Shown in pieces: positions 56,701 through 64,000 of a stretch of 64,000 bases of DNA. This DNA comes from Tubulanus polymorphus (Eukaryota > Animalia > Nemertea): positions 7,130,001-7,194,000 of the forward strand of contig NC_134025.1 in the NCBI RefSeq assembly GCF_964204645.1, in the 5' to 3' direction. Numbering within the stretch: the stretch's first letter is position 1; every line of letters starts with the position of its first letter. Made by a program: the position numbers and the translations under genes. The notes under the pieces were generated by a model, which did no database searches, was not told the origin of the DNA, and saw nothing but the letters and a program-made list of their open reading frames with translations.

Positions 56701-59700
56701 TTTTATGCCTTCGAATCAACTCCAAAACGGGCGTTTCAGGTTTTCATGGACGTCATGGTGAGCGCGTGTTATATTCAAGGGATAGATACGGTGCCATCAA
56801 AAGCAGTACTTCAATAATCATACGATCGGTTTAAGTAAGACATCACATGAATGCCACGTACGGTGAATTACTTCCAACCGATTTATCGCGTTAAGAAATG
56901 AATGATCATTTGGCGCGAAGTTGTTTCCGAGAAGAAACACAAGTCCGATGACACGTTGTCATATATACATGTATATAATACTTTTTGTGTATAACTGTTG
57001 ACATTAAGATGATACAATATTTGCATCTTATAGGCGTATACTTGCCCTGGGCGCAACTAAATCTTGAACGGCATTCGATATATTAATATTGCTGCGCCAT
57101 TCACAGAATCGTTCATTCACCACAGGGTCGATTGAATTGACGCATTTACCTTGGATAACGATTTATTTTAATACATATTTTCTACGCCCTATATCTGTTT
57201 ATTCAGATTTCGAATTCAGAAAGTTGACGATCATCTAGATGATCGTAATCACTCAATCGCGTTGTAATTAAGCCCTACCTTAATTCCGCAATTGATTACA
57301 ATGAGCTTTTGGCTTTCGAAATTCTCCGAAAAAAATTATTATCTTAACTTTTTACCGGTTTCGACCGATTTCACATTGTCGAGGAGATCGCGGAATAATA
57401 CCAACGATGTTCTGTCAATCGCGAGAATGAAATCGTAACGTACGACCGTCATTCCAGGCGAACATAAATTCGAATGCACGTCAAGAATCGAGAATCACCC
57501 CTTAATCATCGCGGAAACTAGTGTTATTTCGGCATCACGATTCGCGTATTTCAAGTGTAATTACGCGGTGTTCGTCTTTTAGCGCGCTAACTGCGGCAAT
57601 TGAGTGCCAGTCAATGAAACCACATCCGAGATTATTGATGACATGATTGGCTAATGCACATTCACTCACCTACGGATAAAACCTTCCTGCAAAAAGCATC
57701 TTTTGTCGTATCGTTTGTGAGTCCCTATAATGAACTAAAGAAGCCTCTCAGGGGACGATGTCATTTTGAAATCCAGAAAACCTAAGACGTTGAAATCGAA
57801 AGCCATAAATTGTCATTGTACCATTGAAGCTATTAGTTCTAGAGAAATTCTACTTTACCGCGTTAAAATACATATCAAAGCACTCTTTTATTAAGAGTTT
57901 TCAGCTAGGAAATCGTGCTGGAAATTGTTTTTAAGATATGAAGTTGTGGCGCCAGAAGCGCGGAAGGAAGGTATCAATTGTTCGTAAGTTTATTCTGATT
58001 GAAATTTTCTCGGATTGAATCAGAAATTTGAATCAGGCGTCGCCCAAAGCTACGTAGAACCGCGATTCTGTATTTACCCGCCGTGATGGAATCGTCGTGT
58101 AACTTACGACGCGCATATTGAAAATTGAAATTGAAATTCGAAGTAAAATCGACACGCTGAACTACCTTCATGTATTCTATTCTATAACCTAAGTACACAG
58201 ACCGCGCACTATAGGTCACATTGTAAAGTTAAGGTAATGAAGCGATTTACCCCACTTCAAACTGGTATCATCTATAAATTGGCTTACAAACCTCTCGCGA
58301 GTAAGTTTGCAATCTATATTTACTATGAAAATTTTTTAAAGAAGGCAATTTTTCTACTGTTTCGAAAATTATTGACCCCACACCAGTCATTTCATAAGCA
58401 AAGATGTACAACATGGACGCACAAACTCTACACTCGGCCCTTCTTCTAAACCAAACATGGACTCAATAACGAAAATGAGCGGCTTTATCGTTTCACGTCC
58501 CTTCGCTTTAGATTCGATGTAGAGGCAAATGGTGTTAGTGGTGTGCGTTTGACAAACTGTTTAACTATACATTATTCCAGTTCAAACCGATTTTCATTCG
58601 ATCTGTTTTGGTCCTGCGGATATTTCATTCATATCATACAGCGACGATAGATCGTGTGTAGGTTATCGGAGAAACAGTGAGGCAATTAAATATCGGGCGA
58701 TAATTAATTGTACATAGATCAGCCCCATTTGTAGGAACAAGGCTGCGTCATTAATCTTTGCGTTCTGCGGCCGTTCATTACCAACACGCTGCGATTCGTA
58801 ATAAAAACGGCTTAGAGGCGTTAGCGTACGCGCGTGTTCGTGTTCAAAATATCGGCTCGAACACGGATTTTCAATCAACGACCGAGTTTCGTTTTAATCA
58901 AAATCGAGAGGCCTCCGCACCGGCGTTCAATGGGCCGTAATTCGAGCATTATCGACGGATGCGGCCGAGTGAATGGATGACGCGACGTGAACTGTGCCTG
59001 GAACCGCACGGCGCGCGGATACCAACTAGCGACAATCACCTCTGGGTAGACACTCTTCATGACGTAACCATGCCGTAGCGCACTAACCGTAATAAACCAA
59101 TAAAATTGTTACTTCCAAATTAATTGATCCAGTAATATCAATATGCATGCACGCGCGTGTATCAATAACACCATTAATGGCTACTTCGAATGTACTTTGA
59201 CCTTAGATACCCCGAACAAAGGTGACCGAGAAAAATCTTTTCGAAATTCGAAGTCACTCGATTGAGAGGTCTTAAGCGAAATATATTCGGAAATTTAGTT
59301 AGTGAGACCCACCAGAAAAACAATAGCTCCCATCGTTGTCGCGTCGAGGCTTATTTGCCTCTCATTGCTATAACACCGCGTGCTCTCATTAAAGGACAGT
59401 TCAACCGGGAAGTTTCATGTGCCTAATCAAAGTCACGCATTTGGTGTTCCATTGGGCATATTTCACCACGACGACTTTGCCCTTAAATATTCAGACACGC
59501 AGTGTCACAAATAATTAAAACCTTATCAATTATTAAAATGAGCAATTATCATTCGTTTTATGGCTATAGCGTATTTAATCTTTCGTGCTAGCAGTGAACG
59601 ACGTTACCATAAAACCACAGATGAATAAGCAGTGAATATTTCTAGACCCAGATTTATTCTCCAAATGAATGTTATCACATCGTAGAAATTCCAAGTATGA

Positions 59701-59763
59701 TTAGCAAATTGTACCATCAATCACAATGTGCTTAAGTAATCCTGAATATTAAACATATTTTGC

Positions 59764-60016
59764 AAGGGGTGAATCCAGAGGGCTTTTGGTGCTAGAGAAC
59801 CCCCCTCCCTCCTGGGAAAATTTCCTTCGTCGTGTAATTCATATTCGGTTTTTCAACTCTACTTTTCAAGTACGAATATGAAATGATCGAGTAGGGCCTA
59901 AAATGCTCAAAATGCATGAAAATAAGAGTAATTTTTAGGGATTTCTTGTGGATGTCAAGCAGAGCCAAGCAACCCCCCCCCCCCCCCCTAGAGAAAAAAC
60001 CCTGGATCCGTCCCTC
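59764..60016. mobile_element. MITE of the CAGGGGCGGATC-terminus family, copy 2
   Basis: aaggggtgaatccag ... ctggatccgtccctc, with internal C-runs including C16 at 59973-59988. Similar length (~250 bp) to the 48636 copy. Confidence 0.6.
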
Positions 60017-60589
60017 AGTGCAATCTCAACTATACTCAACAAATAACAAGTACTAGGAATATAAGGCTATTGGAGAAGAACCTCAGTTCTCTTTCTATTG
60101 TGGTTTTCACAATCTACAAACCAAAAGACAGAAATCTCAAAAACGCGCGCCAACACATTTGGAATCGTTTACCGAACACCTGAAGATTCAAAATAGCGAA
60201 CGAAGTTAAATTTATCTCAAAGTGACATTTGAAATAAACGAGCTAAAACGCGCGTCGATTAAGGCTCTATAAATCAAGCAGCACTGCTGATTACTAAATA
60301 CCCTACTGTTTACTCAACTACCTGTTCTTTACAAATCAGCAGTGTATGAATTCAATTTTCAAACTAAACGAGCTTTTCGCATTCATGTGACGCTTAAACT
60401 GAAAGATGAACTGAACGGCGTTTGTTAATGACAGCGTTGTCTCGACGAATCAGTTGATCACAATATCTTATCTTAAACATACATACTGTGTATTCATTTT
60501 CCATATCATTTTAGACGGAAGACACGTGGCAGAAACCATCAGAAATATTTCTATATTCTAATAAACATTTTGTTCAACTATTGTGGGAA

Positions 60590-60595
60590 TTTATT
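60590..60595 (-). terminator. Candidate polyadenylation signal AATAAA for the secreted-protein gene
   Basis: tttatt on the + strand, ~400 nt downstream of the stop codon on the minus strand. Confidence 0.4.
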
Positions 60596-60989
60596 CTCTC
60601 GACTTATGTGAATCGGATGATGGTTAATGGCTTAAGTTCGGTGAAAGAATATTGCAATGTAAAATACTCAGCTCCACACAAACATATAAGGTAACATATA
60701 CAAAACAGAGTTACAATATAACAAACACAGAAAGACGACATCATCGTGTTTGGTGTTTCCAAATTCTAACGTCGATGATTAAACAAGATCTTTTTTACTA
60801 TGTACATGCGTATTGTTAACCAATGAGCGAAATAGAAAGGCAATTCGCAGCAAATGTTTGATAGGTGAACACTTTTTATCCAAATATTTCTGTGTCGAAG
60901 GAGCGATACAAAAGCAATTGTAACTAAGCGATGAAGATAGCTAAGCAAAGCGACGACGACAAAGCAAGCAGCAGCGGCAGTAACGACAT

Positions 60990-61676
60990 CTAACACTTAC
61001 TAGTTTCGACTCTCAACTCGGGTCTAACGTCCTCATTCTTGTTGTACAACGATGCAATGAAGAAACCGTCCAACTTCCACGAATCGGTCCAAATCCTTAA
61101 ATTGAACCTTTTCGCTCTCGATTCGATCGCCTCTTTCAGGAAATCCGTCACGTCGATTTCGACGATATTCTCCAGTTTGCAGCGGGTATAAGCTAGTTCG
61201 GCCGTCTTGAAATCTGGCGTCATTGTATTGCGCGAAAAGATCATCGGGTCATCCCAACTCTGGTTTTTCGGCATATGTTCCACGTAGATTTTATGAACTT
61301 CATTTTGTTTCGGCGGTTGATAGGTAACGTTGTTTTCCTTAGTGGTAGCACCGCCGCCGTGTTTCAACATTTCCACGTCGACTTTTTCACCTTTGCGGAC
61401 ACAGTGCCCGTAAAGCCGTAGCTGTGAACTACGTACCAAACCCACTTCGCCGTAGATCGATTCGTTCACCGAATCCAGTTTAAAACCCATGAACATTGTC
61501 GATTTGATATCCACTTTGAATATGGACATCTTATCCCTAACGCGGTGGCTACTCCAGACTGTGTTGCCTCGGTATAGATCGTTCGACACGGGTTCGAGAC
61601 TGATCAATTTCGATTGAACAGTCAGCAGTCGCAGGTATAATCCAAAAAGCAGCGATAGAACCTTCCAAACTGCCAT
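60990..61676 (-). CDS. Secreted 228-aa protein with a DNRLRE/CBM96-like (TGF-beta prodomain arm-like) beta-sandwich domain; intronless CDS
   Basis: Longest ORF in the window. The track starts it at a TTG (61697); the first ATG (61676) has strong Kozak context acaATGg. N-terminus MAVWKVLSLLFGLYLRLLTVQS is signal-peptide-like. Ordered motifs MGFKL...SSQLRLY...KIYVEH...SWDD...VEIDVTDFLKE...FNLRI...FIASL...RPELRVE match the pattern FDL..A.L.LY..W.E..DVT..V...S.E..P.L.V. Three N-glycosylation sequons (NES, NVT, NQS). Confidence 0.85.
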   Translation of the reverse strand: MAVWKVLSLLFGLYLRLLTVQSKLISLEPVSNDLYRGNTVWSSHRVRDKMSIFKVDIKSTMFMGFKLDSVNESIYGEVGLVRSSQLRLYGHCVRKGEKVDVEMLKHGGGATTKENNVTYQPPKQNEVHKIYVEHMPKNQSWDDPMIFSRNTMTPDFKTAELAYTRCKLENIVEIDVTDFLKEAIESRAKRFNLRIWTDSWKLDGFFIASLYNKNEDVRPELRVETSKC

Positions 61677-61764
61677 TGTAAAAGAGTCCGCCAACAACTA
61701 CATCTCCAACCGGCCAATTTGCACGAGGAACGCGTGTTTGAGATCACATGAACCAAATCACAAT

Positions 61765-61778
61765 CTGAAAGTAGATAG
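61765..61778 (-). promoter_or_regulatory. Probable 3' splice acceptor of a 5'-UTR intron of the secreted-protein gene
   Basis: Minus strand reads ctatctactttcAG|attgtg, a pyrimidine tract plus CAG 88 nt upstream of the ATG. Confidence 0.55.
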
Positions 61779-62311
61779 ATTGATGAAAATTAAGTTAACA
61801 AATTATAACAGTGGTAGACGTATCTGTAAGTAAAGGGGGCCCACTGAAAATTACATCCAAATAACTTGAATACTGGATAAAAGTAAATAGCACTACTAGA
61901 ACTTGTACGCTTCTGGCCATACAAAATACAACCAAGGCGTAATATGATGTAGTTATCAAGCACCGTCAATGCTCTACTAATAGCTTAACCATATGGTCTG
62001 CTAAAATGAATGTTTCTGTCTGTCTTTCACTTTGTAAAGAGAACCGTGTTTTCGTGACTCAAAATTTGCCGGGCAGAACTCGATCGTAATGTACCCGATA
62101 AAAAAGATCTCAGTATTAACCGAAAGCGACGATCATAGCCCAAAGCATACACAGTTTATTGGCAATCATTCAAAGAATCGCCGTTTACTTAATTCCCGAT
62201 TCGCATTTATACACGACGCCAATGAAGGAACGCTTATAAAATTGGCTACAACGTGTATTACTTTTCTATATTCTCATCATATTCATTCGTTCATCCCGCA
62301 GTTAAACTCTT

Positions 62312-62317
62312 ACTCAC
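62312..62317 (-). promoter_or_regulatory. Candidate 5' splice donor of an upstream non-coding exon
   Basis: Minus strand ggg|GTGAGT matches the donor consensus. An alternative donor gg|GTAAGC lies at 63045-63050. Confidence 0.3.
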
Positions 62318-62542
62318 CCCCCTGACGCGTACGTTATAACCGTGATAGTGACAGTGACAGGTTGTACCTGCAGCTCATGTCGAGGATACTTTTGTTATTT
62401 CGCTAACCTAAAGCTACAATTCGCCGGCTAATTATCACCAATGAAAAAAAAGATTAGCCCAATTAAAGTAGGACGCCGCAGAAATATGAATATGATTTTT
62501 GCACATTCCAGATAATTACGGAGATTCTGCGTAACTGATTAA

Positions 62543-62611
62543 TCTCTCTCTTCCTCTTTCCCACTCCCTCTCTCCCTCCCGCCGCCTCTTCCTCCCTTTC
62601 TCCCTCCCCTC
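62543..62611. promoter_or_regulatory. CT-rich / GA-rich polypyrimidine tract, possibly part of the upstream promoter
   Basis: tctctctcttcctctttcccactccctctctccctccc...ctcccctc lies upstream (minus-strand sense) of the candidate donor. Confidence 0.3.
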
Positions 62612-64000
62612 GATTTGTAGTATATGAACCGATCGCAGCCATGGAAAAACAATTAACAAGCACCATATAGCGCGCATGATATACTCTCGCAAAGAACTCG
62701 GGAAAGTGTTGTAAACCACCATTGATAAGCTTAACTCAAGAGTCGGGTTCCACTTCAGGGAAGCAATCGACACCTGTCGAGATCAAATTGACAAAAAAGT
62801 TGAGGAAACCTTCTCTTTCGATAGAAGCTGCCAACATTCCACCGCGTAAACAAGCGACAACCCCAAGAGATAATACCTTTACATCCATATTCGCGTTGTA
62901 CGACTATACTACAAATGTCGTGCAAGAAACTTATGTGAATTTGACCGCGCCGTAAGGCTCAAATAGAATCTGTACAACATCCATTTTTCTTCTCAACACT
63001 GATTGATGAATATCTCCGTGACACAAGTAGCCCCAAAGCCATCAGCTTACCCTCCAATTAATTATAAACATTTGATCGATCTTCGTTGACCATTTGCTGT
63101 GACATGATCATTAACCAGGCCTCGCGGGATCAGATAAGCCCGTTTAGACTTTTTAGTGCCACTCGCTGGGGACCGCAGCTTGTCAATAAAACTAAGTCTC
63201 TCGCGCTGATTTTTTGAAAGCGATTTCGCGCCGGACCCGTCACGGCACTGAAAAAGACCGACCTGTCAAGATATCGCATTACGGGAAACGAACTGTTTAA
63301 AGACGTTTAACGGCAATGCGATACATTTATCATAGTTCCCCCTGACAACACGCGGGTAAATGTCGATAAGCGATTCCATTGGTCAATGCCTGCAACTGAA
63401 CTCACCAGAGAACGAGATGCAATCATAACTGATAATACGTTGCGGGTTTTTCACTTTAAAGATTCCCAATATCGGAACGGTCCCAGCGCAGGGAAATCAT
63501 TAGTAGGGTAACGTAGTAATTTCATAGTATTCGGACTACGTGAGAGACCGCGGAGTGAGTCAGTGATCGGGGTTCTAACGATCAATCAATCGCACCGAGC
63601 TGGGCTTATCGAATGGCCGCCATTGAATAGCCGGATAATTGATAACAGTACGAATTAGTGGCCCCGATATCGTTCATAAAACGTAATTAACTTATCGCTG
63701 AGCTTACGATTGTTACTGATACGGCGCGATGCTCCGATTGATTTACATCGAGAGCGCACCGCCATTGTCGTCTGTTTGTAATCGCTATCAACTACCGGCC
63801 AACGACAATTTCTCTTCAGCGAACATGACCCCGAACCAACCCTATACAATTCAGTAAACTAATGGAAGCCCGAAGCGAAGCGATTGATATTTAATTTCCA
63901 AAAAGAAAAAAAAACTTGTATAGATTGTTTCACCGGTCGATTATGAGTAAGCAGACGATCTGAGGTCAGCGCGGTTGGAGATGGTCAACCAGGAGGGCCA

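Overview
AT-rich (roughly 38-40% GC by eye), almost entirely non-coding eukaryotic DNA, most likely from an invertebrate animal: CpG is not depleted, there are no operons, and MITE/SINE/LINE relics are present. Nearly all ORFs in the supplied track look spurious. One convincing gene lies near the right end on the minus strand (ATG at 61676, stop at 60990). It encodes a 228-aa secreted protein from an intronless CDS with a DNRLRE/CBM96-like (TGF-beta-prodomain-arm-like) motif pattern. The other ~60 kb looks like a gene desert or giant intron with homeodomain-motif-rich islands and many short non-autonomous elements. The most striking non-coding feature is a minimal type I hammerhead ribozyme (28473-28516) inside a ~400-bp Penelope-like/retrozyme-like unit with inverted arms and flanking direct repeats. 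Also seen: a ~310-bp foldback element, several MITEs, a dispersed inverted repeat pair 50 kb apart, a tRNA-derived SINE head, a LINE 3' tail, and a promoter-like region at ~7 kb followed by a strong hairpin and a speculative spliced micro-peptide. No CRISPR array, rRNA, intact tRNA or recognisable conserved miRNA was found. All alignments were done by eye.
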